DNA of 64,000 nt. It comes from an uncultured Alphaproteobacteria bacterium (GTDB lineage Bacteria; Pseudomonadota; Alphaproteobacteria; Rhizobiales; Methyloligellaceae). A program made the position numbers and the translations under genes. The notes beneath the pieces are model-generated. The model was not told the origin of the DNA and ran no database searches. It saw nothing but the letters and a program-made list of their open reading frames with translations. Positions 9,896 through 20,576 of the stretch are shown in pieces; positions within the stretch are counted from its first letter, which is position 1, and each line of letters begins with the position of its first letter. The DNA lies in NCBI GenBank assembly GCA_942491645.1, contig CALOBK010000001.1, positions 1,870-65,869 on the forward strand, given 5' to 3'.

Positions 9896-10966
9896 ATGCC
9901 CTGGCCCGATCGCCGTCTGCTTGACCTCTTTGGCATCTCGGTCCCGATCCTCCAGGCACCGATGGCGAATTCGACCGGCATCGAGCTGGCGCTCGGCGTG
10001 GCTGAGGCGGGGGGCCTGGCCGCGCTTCCCTGCGCAATGCTGTCGCCGGAGACCATTGAGACGGACGTCGCCCTTTAGCGCGCTCAGACAAAGGCGCCCC
10101 TCAATCTCAATTTCTTCTGTTACGAGCCATCGCCTGACGACCCGGAGCGTGACAGTGCCTGGCTTGCGCGGCTCGCTCCTTATTACAACGCAGTTGGTGT
10201 AGAGCCGCCGGAATTGCCGCTCGCAAGCGGCCGTCCGCCTTTCAATGAAGCTGATTGCACCCTCGTCGAAGCACTGCAGCCAGAGGTTGTCAGCTTTCAT
10301 TTCGGCTTGCCGTCCGCGCCCCTCTTTGAGCGAGTCAAGGCGGCGGGCTGCAAGGTGATCTGCTCGGCGACCTCCCTAGCCGAGGCTCGTTTTCTTGCCG
10401 CGCGGTCAGTCGATGCGATCATTGCTAAAGGTGCGGAAGCCGGTGGCCATCACGGCATGTTCTTAAGAACGGACGTCTCCACGCAGACCGGAATGTTGGC
10501 GCTTGTGCGAGGCATCAGCGCAACCGTGGAGATCCCAGTGATCGCCGCCGGCGGCATCGTCGATGGCCCCGCCATCGCGGCCTGCTTCGCGCTCGGTGCA
10601 TCCGCGGTGCAGATCGGCACGGCGTATTTGCTGTGTTCCGAGGCCCTCACCCCGCTCATGCATCGCGCCGCCATCGCCGATCCGGAGCGCGAGACAGCCA
10701 TCACCAATGTGCTGACGGGACGCCCGGCCCGGGCCGTCATGAACCGCTTTAGGCGTGAGCAAGGACCCATGAACGAGGCCGCGCCATCGTTCCCGCGCGC
10801 AGGCCCGGCGATCGCGTCATTGCGTAAGACGGCCGAATCCGAGGGGCGCACGGATTTCTCACCGTTCTGGTCCGGCCAGGCAGCCAAGCTACCCCCATCG
10901 ATGGGCCCGCGTGAGCTCACGGAGTGGCTGGCCAAGGATGCCCTTGCCGCGCTTTCCCAGGCCTAA
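9896..10966 (+). pseudogene. Nitronate monooxygenase family gene interrupted by an in-frame TAG
   Basis: PILQAPMA N-terminus; TAG at 10076-10078; the same frame resumes with LNLNFFC, VVSFHFGLP, EAGGH, AAGGIVDG and GTAYL. Confidence 0.85.
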
Positions 10967-11239
10967 CCAGACAAGAAACGCGGGCTCATTGGCCGCCCCT
11001 GGAGAAGGCTCGGCGCAGAAGATGCTGGCCTTAAGCTATGACAGTGTGGCACAGGGTGCTGGACACTGAGCGCCCGGACACTGATGCTCGTAGACGGATG
11101 GTCCTGGCAGGATCCGCACAAGCTAGGCGCCCAATCGAGTGCGTGCGCCATTGCGGGCTCAAGGAAAACCCCTATATTGCGCCGCAATAACAGCCGCCTG
11201 GCGGCATTGCCGCATGGCGACCGAAAGACCATTCCGAAC

Positions 11240-13069
11240 ATGAAATTACGCAATATCGCTATCATCGCGCATGTTGACCACGGCAAGACAACCCTGGTCG
11301 ACCGTCTCCTGCAAGGGTCCGGCGCCGTCCGCACCAATCAGCGCGTCGACGAGCGCGCCATGGACTCCAACGATCTGGAGCGCGAGCGCGGCATCACGAT
11401 CCTTGCCAAGGCAACCTCGGTCAATTGGGGCGACACGCGCATCAATATCGTCGACACCCCGGGCCACGCCGATTTCGGAGGCGAGGTCGAGCGTATCCTC
11501 AACATGGTGGACGGCGCGCTCGTGCTGGTCGATGCAGCGGAAGGTCCGCTGCCCCAAACCAAGTTCGTGGTGTCGAAGGCCCTCAAAATGGGCCTCAAGC
11601 CCATCGTGGTGATCAACAAGGTCGACCGGCCTGACGCGCGGCCAGACGACGTGTTGAACGAGATTTTCGACCTGTTCGCTGCGCTCGATGCCAGCGAGGA
11701 ACAACTCGATTTTCCGATTCTTTACGGCTCTGCCAAAGAGGGCTGGATGGCGGAAAGCCCTGAGGGACCGAAGGACCAGGGCATGACGCCGCTCTTCGAT
11801 CTGGTCTTGCGCCATGTGGCGCCGCCTTCGGTCGAAGACGGGCCGTTCCGCCTGCTTGGCACGATCCTAGAGGCAAACCCCTATCTCGGCCGCATCGTCA
11901 CGGGCCGCATCACGTCGGGAAAAATCAAACCCAACGCCATGGTGAAGGCGCTCGATCACAACGGCAATCTGGTCGAGCAGGGACGCATCTCCAAAGTCCT
12001 CGCCTTTCGGGGCCTTGAACGCGCCGCGCTTGACGAGGCCGAAGCCGGCGACATCGTCTCGTTGGCGGGCCTGCCTAACGCCACGGTCGCGCATACGATT
12101 TGCGCCCCTGAAGTCGATATGCCGCTCCCGGCCCAGCCCATTGACCCGCCGACGCTGTCCATGACGTTCCGTGTGAACGATTCGCCCTTGGCCGGCACGG
12201 AGGGCAGCAAGGTCACCGGCCGCATGATCCGCGACCGACTCTTGGCTGAGGCCGAAGGCAATGTGGCGCTGAAGGTTTCCGAGTCCGACGAGCGCGACTC
12301 CATGGTCGTGGCCGGACGCGGTGAACTCCAGCTCGGCATTCTCATTGAAACCATGCGCCGTGAGGGCTTCGAGCTTTCAGTCTCGCGGCCGAGAGTGCTG
12401 CTGCGGCGCGACGATCATGGAACGCTTCTTGAGCCCATAGAGGAAGTGGTGATCGATCTCGACGAGGAGCATGCGGGCTCCGTGGTCCAGAAACTCTCAG
12501 AGCGCAAGGCTGATCTGATCGAGATGAAGCCGTCGGGCGGTGGGCGTCAGCGCGTCGTGTTCCACGCTCCCACGCGCGGCCTCATCGGTTATCAGGGAGA
12601 GCTTCTGACAGACACGCGTGGAACGGGAATCATGAACCGGCTCTTCCACGCATACGCTCCCCATAAGGGCCCGATCCAAGGCCGGCGAAACGGGGTCTTG
12701 ATCTCCACCGACCAGGGCGATGCGGTCGCCTATGCACTCTTCAACTTGGAAGACCGCGGTCCAATGATGATCGACCCGGGGACCCGCGTTTATCGCGGCA
12801 TGATTGTTGGGGAGCACACACGCGGCAACGACTTGGAAGTCAACGTGCTCAAGGGCAAGAAGCTTACCAATATCCGCACCACATCGAAGGACGAAGCCGT
12901 CCGCCTGACGCCGCCAATGCGGATGGTCCTGGAAAAGGCTTTGTCCTACATCCAGGACGACGAACTCGTAGAAGTCACGCCGGACTCGATTCGCCTGCGC
13001 AAACGCCATCTCGATCCAAACGATCGGAAGAAGGCAGAGCGCCAGCGCGAGGAGAAGAACGCGGCCTAG
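11240..13069 (+). CDS. typA: Translational GTPase TypA/BipA
   Basis: [35 protein letters not shown]. Confidence 0.97.
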   Translation: MKLRNIAIIAHVDHGKTTLVDRLLQGSGAVRTNQRVDERAMDSNDLERERGITILAKATSVNWGDTRINIVDTPGHADFGGEVERILNMVDGALVLVDAAEGPLPQTKFVVSKALKMGLKPIVVINKVDRPDARPDDVLNEIFDLFAALDASEEQLDFPILYGSAKEGWMAESPEGPKDQGMTPLFDLVLRHVAPPSVEDGPFRLLGTILEANPYLGRIVTGRITSGKIKPNAMVKALDHNGNLVEQGRISKVLAFRGLERAALDEAEAGDIVSLAGLPNATVAHTICAPEVDMPLPAQPIDPPTLSMTFRVNDSPLAGTEGSKVTGRMIRDRLLAEAEGNVALKVSESDERDSMVVAGRGELQLGILIETMRREGFELSVSRPRVLLRRDDHGTLLEPIEEVVIDLDEEHAGSVVQKLSERKADLIEMKPSGGGRQRVVFHAPTRGLIGYQGELLTDTRGTGIMNRLFHAYAPHKGPIQGRRNGVLISTDQGDAVAYALFNLEDRGPMMIDPGTRVYRGMIVGEHTRGNDLEVNVLKGKKLTNIRTTSKDEAVRLTPPMRMVLEKALSYIQDDELVEVTPDSIRLRKRHLDPNDRKKAERQREEKNAA

Positions 13070-13221
13070 CAATCGGGCCGCCGAACGCAAAACACCCGGT
13101 TCTACGCGGAAGAAGCGGTCTGCGTGGCCATGGCATGGCGCTTTGCACAATTTTCCTGGCTCAGTTGAGATGTTTTAGCGCTCAATCCTGGTGCTGACAT
13201 CCCCGCCGCCTCTCGCATTGT

Positions 13222-13255
13222 CGTGACATCGCTCGTTACCACGAGCGATGTCACG
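13222..13255. repeat. Perfect 15-bp inverted repeat with a 4-nt loop
   Basis: CGTGACATCGCTCGT-tacc-ACGAGCGATGTCACG. Confidence 0.9.
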
Positions 13256-13299
13256 CGGGCACCTCTCGCGCATCCCAAGCACAGAGGAGAACCTTTCAG

Positions 13300-13569
13300 A
13301 TGATCGGGGCCGTTTCACTCGCTGCTGCCCTGGCTCTTGCCGCAACAAAGCACTGCCTATGCCGACGACAATGATGACGACGAAAAGCTCCCGGCCGGCG
13401 TGGTCGAAAAGGTAGAGGAAGTTCTGAGCACGCTCTGCTGCAAGGGCTATGAGGAAGTCGAGGTCGAGGACATCGGCACGATCGAGATCGAAGATGCGTC
13501 TGCTCCTGCGGCAAGATGGACATCAACCTCGACAAAGACGGCAAGATCCTCCTGATGTCGGCTGACTAG
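13300..13569 (+). pseudogene. Small secreted PepSY-like protein gene with two compensating frameshifts
   Basis: GAGGAG SD; signal peptide MIGAVSLAAALALAAT; middle section in a shifted frame (STAYADD..EIEDA); C-terminus back in the first frame (CSCGKMDINLDKDGKILLMSAD*). Confidence 0.65.
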
Positions 13570-13729
13570 GCTAAGCTGGCGAGGCCAAATCACCGAGGCC
13601 AAATCGGTGCAGCGCCAAAGCACGCGAATGCGGAGCGCGGTCCGGCAAGCGGTCCGCCCTTCTTTTTGCCGTGGAATAACACCAAGGTCTCCTTTGCCCG
13701 ACCGGCGGATCGTAGGGTAGGCTTTGCCC

Positions 13730-14236
13730 ATGTCCGTCGACGTCGCTCATGTGAGGCCCGCACGGCCAAAGGACGCAGACGCGCTCGCGAGCGCCTACGA
13801 AGAGGCGTGGCGCGGCGCCTATCAGGGCATCATCCCTCATCTCAATCTGGAACGCATGATCGCCCGCCGCGGACCGCAGTGGTGGCAGCGCGTCCTAAAA
13901 AGACGAGCCGCAGTGCTTGTGCTGGATTTTCGCGGAGAGGCCGCCGGTTATGTGACGTTCGGGCGTTGCCGTACGTCGCGCGGTCCCTACCGAGGCGAAA
14001 TCTTTGAACTCTATCTCCACCCCACCTATCAGGGCCTTGGATTTGGGCCGCGACTGTTCGACGGCGCCCGTCAGAGGCTTGGAGAACTGCGCCTGAAGGG
14101 CCTTTTGGTTTGGGCTCTTGCGGACAATGAGGCGGCGTGCAGTTTCTATCTGCGCCAAGGCGGCAAGCCCATCGCCGAGGGGGCTGAGGGCTTTGGCGAG
14201 ACCAGCCTACGGAAGATCGCGTTTGCGTGGTCCTGA
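13730..14236 (+). CDS. GNAT family N-acetyltransferase
   Basis: LYLHPTYQGLGFG acetyl-CoA motif, VWALADN..ACSFY. Confidence 0.9.
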   Translation: MSVDVAHVRPARPKDADALASAYEEAWRGAYQGIIPHLNLERMIARRGPQWWQRVLKRRAAVLVLDFRGEAAGYVTFGRCRTSRGPYRGEIFELYLHPTYQGLGFGPRLFDGARQRLGELRLKGLLVWALADNEAACSFYLRQGGKPIAEGAEGFGETSLRKIAFAWS

Positions 14237-14251
14237 CGGGGCACGGCAGGC

Positions 14252-14267
14252 TTAACCATTCATTAAC
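14252..14267. promoter_or_regulatory. CtrA-type binding site TTAA-N7-TTAAC
   Basis: TTAAccattcaTTAAC, a perfect match to the alphaproteobacterial CtrA consensus. Confidence 0.6.
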
Positions 14268-14662
14268 CATACGTGGTCCGCTTGACCATGCAGGTTTGGC
14301 GCGCCTCCGTTGCCTCGGCAAGGCAGACGTCCATACCGCGGCGCCTATTGCACCGGAAAACGGCGCCATGGTCGGCGATTTCCGGCGACGTGATATTCGC
14401 TCAGACATTCAACAAGAGGGGCAAATAGGCGTTTTCGTTCAGGCGGGCTAGGCCCGGGAGCGGAAGCGGGACCAGCAAGAGGCCGATCAATCTGACGGGT
14501 GCCGGCATGTGGCGCATCTGGCCCCCCTACTATGGTCCTATATCGTGTGACAGTGCTGAGACTTGTGACCAGCTCCGCCCCGTCCTAAAACGACGCGAAG
14601 AACTTTATCGCTGCATCGTTCGATTGTGGTGCGGTGACGAGGGCATGGGGAAGCCACGGACC

Positions 14663-15469
14663 ATGAGTGACATGAGGATCGCCGTTTTGGGTGCCGCCGG
14701 GCGCATGGGCCAAGCGCTGACCCGGGCGCTCCATGAGACCCCGGGCTGCGAAGCCGCTGGCGGCCTCGAGGCCAAAGGATCGGCTGCCGTCGGGCTGGAC
14801 CTGGGCGAAGTGGCCGGCCTTGAGCCATTGGGCGTGGCCGTGACCGACGACCCCCATGCGCTGTTTGCTCATGTGGAAGGCGTGCTCGATTTCACCATGC
14901 CCAACGCCACAGTGGCGTTTGCCGCGCTCTCGGCGCAAGCCCGTATCGTCCATGTGATTGGCACCACCGGTTTCACCGAAGAGGAGTTGGCGCAGCTCGA
15001 TGCTGCCGCGCGCCATGCCACCATCGTGAAAGCCGGCAATATGAGCATGGGCGTCAATCTCATGGCGGCGATGACCAAGCGGGTTGCGGAGATCCTCGGG
15101 TCTGAATTCGACATCGAAATTTTGGAAATGCATCATCGGCACAAGCGTGATGCGCCCTCAGGCACCTCTCTCATGCTGGGCGAGGCCGCTGCCAAGGGCC
15201 GTGCGGTTGCGCTCCAAGACAAGGCCGTGCGCACCCGGGACGGAGACACGGGCCCCCGAAAGGATGGCGATATCGGCTTCGCTGCCCTTCGAGGCGGCGA
15301 CGTCGTTGGTGAGCATCGGGTGATTTTCGCCGGGCCCGGCGAGCGGTTCGAGCTCGCCCATATCGCCTCCGACCGGGGTATCTTTGCCCGTGGTGCCGTG
15401 CGCGGGGCCCTCTGGGCTAAAGGGCGGGCGCCTGGGCTCTATTCCATGGCCGATGTGCTCGGATTGTAA
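14663..15469 (+). CDS. dapB: 4-hydroxy-tetrahydrodipicolinate reductase
   Basis: [26 protein letters not shown]. Confidence 0.97.
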   Translation: MSDMRIAVLGAAGRMGQALTRALHETPGCEAAGGLEAKGSAAVGLDLGEVAGLEPLGVAVTDDPHALFAHVEGVLDFTMPNATVAFAALSAQARIVHVIGTTGFTEEELAQLDAAARHATIVKAGNMSMGVNLMAAMTKRVAEILGSEFDIEILEMHHRHKRDAPSGTSLMLGEAAAKGRAVALQDKAVRTRDGDTGPRKDGDIGFAALRGGDVVGEHRVIFAGPGERFELAHIASDRGIFARGAVRGALWAKGRAPGLYSMADVLGL

Positions 15470-15685
15470 CACCGTGGTGATAACTGGCGTTCAACGAATG
15501 GATAATGCGGGGCAAAAGAGCTAAGACCTTGTTTTCCACCCAGTCAAAAAGTCACCCCAAAACGGGGCGATAGTGACGCCGGCATTTATTTTTCTATGCC
15601 TATAGTCGCCAGCAGAAACAAGGGAGCCATCAAGGCTTCGCAAAGGTCAACAGATCACACGATGAAAGGGCGTCTTTTAGGGGAC

Positions 15686-16339
15686 ATGCTTAAAACGACT
15701 GACGAGAAACCGCAGGGTTCGGATAATGTTCTTGTTCTGGTCCGCCATGGCCAGAGCGAGTGGAACCGCCTGAACATGTTCACGGGCTGGAAAGATGTCG
15801 GGCTCAGCGAAGAAGGTGTTTCAGAGGCCCATCGGGCCGGCCAGCGGCTGAAAGAAGAAGGGCTGATCTTCGACAGCGGCTTCGCCTCGACCCTCAAGCG
15901 AGCCCACAACACACTCGATCTCATCCTCGGCGAACTCGGGCAGAAGAAGCTTCCCATTGTTAAAGCTGCAGCTCTGAACGAGCGCGACTACGGCGACCTT
16001 GTTGGCATCAACAAAGAAGAAGCGCGCAAACGCTTCGGCGCGGACAAGGTCCATATCTGGCAGCGTTCCTATGACGTCGCACCCCCTGGCGGCGAGTCCC
16101 TGAAAGACACCGCCGCGCGGGTCTGTCCGTTCTTCGACAGATGGATCGTGCCGGAATTGCAGGCCAGCAAGAACGTAATTGTCGTTGCCCATGGCAACTC
16201 GCTGCGCTCACTGATCATGGAACTCGACAAGTTGACGCCCGAAGAGGTCCAGGACTATTCGCTGGCCACAGCAACGCCCGTGATCTATCGCGTCAAACGA
16301 GACGGTAGCCTTGTCGAGAAACGCAGTCTCGCCGCCTAG
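15686..16339 (+). CDS. gpmA: 2,3-bisphosphoglycerate-dependent phosphoglycerate mutase
   Basis: LVRHGQSEWN, LNERDYG, AHGNSLR. Confidence 0.93.
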   Translation: MLKTTDEKPQGSDNVLVLVRHGQSEWNRLNMFTGWKDVGLSEEGVSEAHRAGQRLKEEGLIFDSGFASTLKRAHNTLDLILGELGQKKLPIVKAAALNERDYGDLVGINKEEARKRFGADKVHIWQRSYDVAPPGGESLKDTAARVCPFFDRWIVPELQASKNVIVVAHGNSLRSLIMELDKLTPEEVQDYSLATATPVIYRVKRDGSLVEKRSLAA

Positions 16340-16340
16340 G

Positions 16341-16865
16341 TTAGGCCGGCGCCGCTGAAGCCACTTGAGGCGCCCGCGCGTCTTGAAGTGCCGCTTTCAA
16401 GGCTGCGGCAAAATCTTCCCGTTCCGGATCGGTCAAGAACGCCGCAAAAACAAACCGCGTGCCATGGCTGACAAGCGCCAGCTCCGATGTGCGGCCGACA
16501 CGCTCTTCGAGGTGAATGCGGACCCAATACGGATTGAAGCGCCATGACCGCTCTTTCCCATTTGGCGGCACGCGTGTCACCGTCAGCACCTCTTGCGTCA
16601 AGTCGACAGTCTCATAAATCCGAAGCGCCCGGAAATTGATCCGGAACGCCACATAAACGAGAAGCACATCAAGGCCCATGAAGCCCATGACCGGCCAGGC
16701 GCCCATGAGAAAGAACATCAGCCCAGTTCCGAACGAGATGACGCTGACAGCCAGCATGAAAATCAGAAAGCCCCGAGGCCCGAGCGAGCGATGGGGCGTC
16801 AGCACGGCGCGAAAACACGAGTCCTCAGCGTCGCCGTCTTCTGGTATGGGCGCGCGCTCTGTCAT
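16341..16865 (-). CDS. DUF2244 family membrane protein
   Basis: LTPHRSL, GAWPVMGFMGLD and FNPYWVR; divergent from nth. Confidence 0.85.
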   Translation of the reverse strand: MTERAPIPEDGDAEDSCFRAVLTPHRSLGPRGFLIFMLAVSVISFGTGLMFFLMGAWPVMGFMGLDVLLVYVAFRINFRALRIYETVDLTQEVLTVTRVPPNGKERSWRFNPYWVRIHLEERVGRTSELALVSHGTRFVFAAFLTDPEREDFAAALKAALQDARAPQVASAAPA

Positions 16866-16960
16866 AGCCTCAAGGCTAAACCAGTTATCGGAGGTGGCAA
16901 GACGCAAGTGGCACAGCGACTGACGGGAGGGGAGACAAAAAAGCCGCCGAATAGCCTCTG

Positions 16961-17030
16961 GCGCGAAACGCAAGACGACAAGCGCGAAACGCAAGACGAC
17001 AAGCGCGAAACGCAAGACGACGAGCGCGAA
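16961..17030 (+). repeat. 21-bp tandem repeat, 3.3 copies
   Basis: GCGCGAAACGCAAGACGACAA x2, then GCGCGAAACGCAAGACGACGA, then GCGCGAA. Confidence 0.95.
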
Positions 17031-17076
17031 GCGGAAATCCTCATGCACCAAGCTCACCTGCGCTCAAATCGAGGAG

Positions 17077-17688
17077 ATGTTCGCACGCTTCCGGGCCGCC
17101 GATCCGGAACCTGAGACCGAACTCAACTATCACGACACCTATACGCTGCTCGTTGCCGTCGTGCTGTCAGCTCAAGCAACTGATATCTCGGTCAACCGGG
17201 CGACGCCTGCGCTGTTCGCGGTGGCCCGCACGCCTGAGACGATGATCGCGCTCGGTGAGGCGGGCGTGAGCGAGCGGATCAAGACAATTGGTCTTTACAG
17301 AAACAAGGCCAAGAACGTCATTGCGCTCTCCAAAAAGCTCATCGCACACCATGACGGCAAAGTGCCTGAAACACGCGAGGATCTGGAGACCCTGCCGGGC
17401 GTAGGCCGAAAGACGGCGAATGTGGTGCTCAATGTCGGCTTCGGGCAGCCGACAATTGCAGTCGACACGCATATTTTTCGCGTCTCGAACCGCACAGGTC
17501 TGGCACCAGGCAAGACCCCGCTCAAGGTCGAGGAGACCTTGGAGCGGGTGATCCCGGACGAGTACAAACTCCACGCCCACCATTGGCTCATTTTGCATGG
17601 TCGGTATGTATGCAAAGCGCGCAAGCCCGAATGCTGGCGCTGCACCGTGGCCGACATCTGCGTCTTCAAGCCTAAGACAATATCGTAG
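17077..17688 (+). CDS. nth: Endonuclease III
   Basis: LSAQATD, HhH LPGVGRKTAN, VDTH and FeS motif CKARKPECWRC...C; the true start may lie upstream. Confidence 0.95.
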   Translation: MFARFRAADPEPETELNYHDTYTLLVAVVLSAQATDISVNRATPALFAVARTPETMIALGEAGVSERIKTIGLYRNKAKNVIALSKKLIAHHDGKVPETREDLETLPGVGRKTANVVLNVGFGQPTIAVDTHIFRVSNRTGLAPGKTPLKVEETLERVIPDEYKLHAHHWLILHGRYVCKARKPECWRCTVADICVFKPKTIS

Positions 17689-17704
17689 GGCGATACTGGC
17701 AGAG

Positions 17705-18418
17705 CTAGGCCGAAGATGTCCGTAACCGTTGCTGCTGCCCCTCTGAGACGAGACGGATGCCGGACTTGGCCGCAATCCGCTTCCACATGCGCAACATGAA
17801 GCCGGTGGCAAAGAGCGGGGTGACAAGGTTCAGAATCGGAACGGAGGCAAGCGCAGCGATCACCAAGCCACCGAGCAGGACGGTGAGCCTGTTCGCACGG
17901 CGGATGCGCTTCGCCTCCGCCCCGCTCACATGGCGCATAGCTGCAAGCTCGAAATATTCCCGCCCAAGCAGATAGCCATTGCCCATATAGAACGCGATCA
18001 GATTGACCCCTGGGATCAGGAGTAAAAAGAGTGCAATCAAATTGACGATCAGCACGACGAAAAAGAACCGGACCGCGAGCCAGATTGATTGCCCGGTGGG
18101 CAGGTCGCGCCCTGGTGGATCGTTCGGAAAGTTCGCGCGTTCTACCTTCGAAGCGATGTCGTCGAGATAAAGACCAGCAATCAGCGATGTCACTGGCGGG
18201 ATCAGAAAGATCGAGGCGGCAATAAGCGCAAACCCACCCAGCCATTGGATGGCGGTCTCCACCCAATCGGGCCAGGACACGAAATGGGTGAAGGACCATT
18301 GCACAGCAATGATCAGCCCGGCGAGCAGCGCCAGTGTGAAGGCGACGCATTTCACCATGACCGCGCGAAATGACGGCGAAAACAGTTCCTCTAAGGCTTG
18401 ACCTGCTGCGGAGAGCAT
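17705..18418 (-). CDS. CysZ-like / EI24 domain membrane protein
   Basis: GLYLDDIA..VE, NGYLLGREYFE, VPILNLVTP. Confidence 0.8.
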   Translation of the reverse strand: MLSAAGQALEELFSPSFRAVMVKCVAFTLALLAGLIIAVQWSFTHFVSWPDWVETAIQWLGGFALIAASIFLIPPVTSLIAGLYLDDIASKVERANFPNDPPGRDLPTGQSIWLAVRFFFVVLIVNLIALFLLLIPGVNLIAFYMGNGYLLGREYFELAAMRHVSGAEAKRIRRANRLTVLLGGLVIAALASVPILNLVTPLFATGFMLRMWKRIAAKSGIRLVSEGQQQRLRTSSA

Positions 18419-18529
18419 GAATTTGTCCTGGTGCGATTGGCAGGGCGACTATAGTGCGCGTTTTTCTGGGCGCCACTGCCAGCCACCAAACAAGTTTGAA
18501 GACGTCAAATCGGGGGACCCCTTCAGGAT

Positions 18530-19528
18530 ATGGCCGCAAAGACTTACGACGTGGTTGGCATCGGCAATGCCATCGTGGACATCATCGCGCGCTGCGACGA
18601 CAGCTTTCTATCCAAGCAGGACCTCCATAAGGGCATGATGCGCCTGATCGATGCCGAGCAAGCCGCCGAACTCTATGAGGTCATGGGGCCTGCCACGGAG
18701 CGTTCCGGAGGATCGGTCGCCAATTCCATCGCCGGCCTTGCCTCACTCGGGGCCAATTGCGGCTTTATCGGCCGCGTCGCCGCAGACCAGTTCGGCGGTA
18801 TTTTCCGCCACGACATCCGGTCGCTGGGGATCGAATATACGACGGAGCCCGCCACGGACGGCGCACCGACCGCCCGCTGCCTCGTACTGGTGACCCCTGA
18901 CGGGGAGCGCACCATGAACACGTTTTTGGGGGCGAGCGTGGATTTTACCCCTGCCGACATTGACGAAGGCCTGATCGGGACAGCGAAGATTGTCTATCTG
19001 GAGGGGTATCTCTTCGACAAGGATGCCGCCAAATCCGCTTTTCGCGAGGCGGCCAAGCTCGCGAAAGACGCAGGCGCAAAGGTGGCCCTGTCCTTGTCGG
19101 ATCCCTTTTGCGTTGACCGTCACCGCGAGGACTTCCGTAAGCTCGTAAAAGAAGACGCCGACATCGTCTTTGCCAACGAGAAGGAAATCACCGCGCTCTA
19201 TGAGACCAACACCTTCCTTGAGGCAGCCGATGCGGCCCTGCAGGATTGTGAAATGGCCGTTCTGACCCGCTCTGAAGCAGGCTCAATGATTGTGAGCGCA
19301 GGAGAAACAACAGAAATTCCGGCAGCACCTGTCGAACAGGTGGTGGACGCCACAGGGGCCGGAGACCTTTACGCCGCTGGCTTCCTTTTCGGTCTTACGA
19401 AGGACCTGCCCCTTTCTGTGTGTGGCCGGTTGGGGAGCCTGGCGGCTGGCGAGGCCATCTCCCATATCGGCGCGCGTCCCGAAGTGAATTTGCTGGACCT
19501 CGCCAAAGCACGCGGTCTTCTCAGCTGA
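18530..19528 (+). CDS. PfkB family sugar/adenosine kinase
   Basis: GIGNAIVD, GGSVANS, DATGAGD. Confidence 0.9.
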   Translation: MAAKTYDVVGIGNAIVDIIARCDDSFLSKQDLHKGMMRLIDAEQAAELYEVMGPATERSGGSVANSIAGLASLGANCGFIGRVAADQFGGIFRHDIRSLGIEYTTEPATDGAPTARCLVLVTPDGERTMNTFLGASVDFTPADIDEGLIGTAKIVYLEGYLFDKDAAKSAFREAAKLAKDAGAKVALSLSDPFCVDRHREDFRKLVKEDADIVFANEKEITALYETNTFLEAADAALQDCEMAVLTRSEAGSMIVSAGETTEIPAAPVEQVVDATGAGDLYAAGFLFGLTKDLPLSVCGRLGSLAAGEAISHIGARPEVNLLDLAKARGLLS

Positions 19529-19605
19529 GGTGAGCCGGCATTCTTGCCGCGCGCACGCCGAACAGCGCCAAGCCCCGTCGGGCGCCCATCGCGGAAACGG
19601 CGCGT

Positions 19606-20559
19606 TTAGAGCTTTCTGAGCGAGACGCTTTCGACCGCGTGGCCTTCGCCTTTGCGCAGGATAAGGTCGGCACGCTGACGGGTGGGAAGAATGTTCTGCC
19701 GCAGATTGACGAGATTGATCGAGCGCCACAGTGATAGTGCGGTCTTGCGCGCTTCCTCCTCCGACAGCGTTGCATAGCGATGGAAATAGGCTGCCGGATC
19801 ACGAAAGGCGGTTTGGCGCAGCCGAGAAAAGCGTTCCACATACCACCTCTCAACATGCGCCTCGCTCGCATCGATATAGATCGAAAAATCGAAGAAGTCG
19901 GATACGAAAGGAATGGCTTCGCCGTCCTTTGGCAGAGTGGCGGGCTGCAACACGTTGAGACCCTCCACGATGACGATGTCGGGCCGCTCGACCACGAGCG
20001 ACTGGCCACGAAGGACATCGTAGACAACATGGGAATAGACTGGCGCCTCGACCCGTCTCGCCCCCGATTTCACGTCACCCAGAAAGTTGAGCAAGCGGGG
20101 CAGGTTGTAGCTTTCGGGAAATCCCTTGCGGTCCATAAGACCGCGTTCCTCGAGGGTCGCGTTGGGGAACAGGAATCCATCCGTCGGCACCAGCGCCACA
20201 TTGGGGTGGCTCGGCCAGCGCGCCAAAAGCGCTTGGAGGACACGGGCCGAGGTGCTCTTCCCGGCGGCGACACTACCTGCAAGCCCGATGACGAACGGCA
20301 CCTTGCCGTTGCCCTTGCGCAAGAACTCCTCGGTAATGCCATGCAGGCCTTGCGAGGCCTCCACATAGAGATTGAGAAGACGGCTGAGCGGCAGATAGAC
20401 ATCGACCACTTCATGCGTCGAGATGCGCTCGGTCACGCCTGAGAGATTCTCAAGGTCTGCTTCGTTCAGCGTGAGTGGCGTGTCCTCCCGCAGCCGCGCC
20501 CAGTCGCTGCGCGAATAGATTGTGTAGGGCGAAAACCCGACAGAGGGCTTGGGTTCCAT
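19606..20559 (-). CDS. coaA: Type I pantothenate kinase
   Basis: [27 protein letters not shown]. Confidence 0.96.
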   Translation of the reverse strand: MEPKPSVGFSPYTIYSRSDWARLREDTPLTLNEADLENLSGVTERISTHEVVDVYLPLSRLLNLYVEASQGLHGITEEFLRKGNGKVPFVIGLAGSVAAGKSTSARVLQALLARWPSHPNVALVPTDGFLFPNATLEERGLMDRKGFPESYNLPRLLNFLGDVKSGARRVEAPVYSHVVYDVLRGQSLVVERPDIVIVEGLNVLQPATLPKDGEAIPFVSDFFDFSIYIDASEAHVERWYVERFSRLRQTAFRDPAAYFHRYATLSEEEARKTALSLWRSINLVNLRQNILPTRQRADLILRKGEGHAVESVSLRKL

Positions 20560-20576
20560 GACGGAGCCGGGCGCGG

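Noticed and set aside
10076-10078. Genome-wide amber recoding or pyrrolysine
   Set aside because: TAG terminates many conserved genes here at their expected ends (typA, gpmA, hslU, hemJ).
11060-11084. GGACACTGA direct repeat upstream of typA
   Set aside because: Only two 9-bp copies, with no further structure.
16926-16954. dnaX-like A_AAA_AAG slippery site with an upstream SD as a route into nth
   Set aside because: A -1 shift from the 16908 GTG frame hits TAG within four codons; nth is in the +1 frame.
16961-17030. 21-bp repeats as a CRISPR array
   Set aside because: The copies are contiguous, with no unique spacers and no cas genes.
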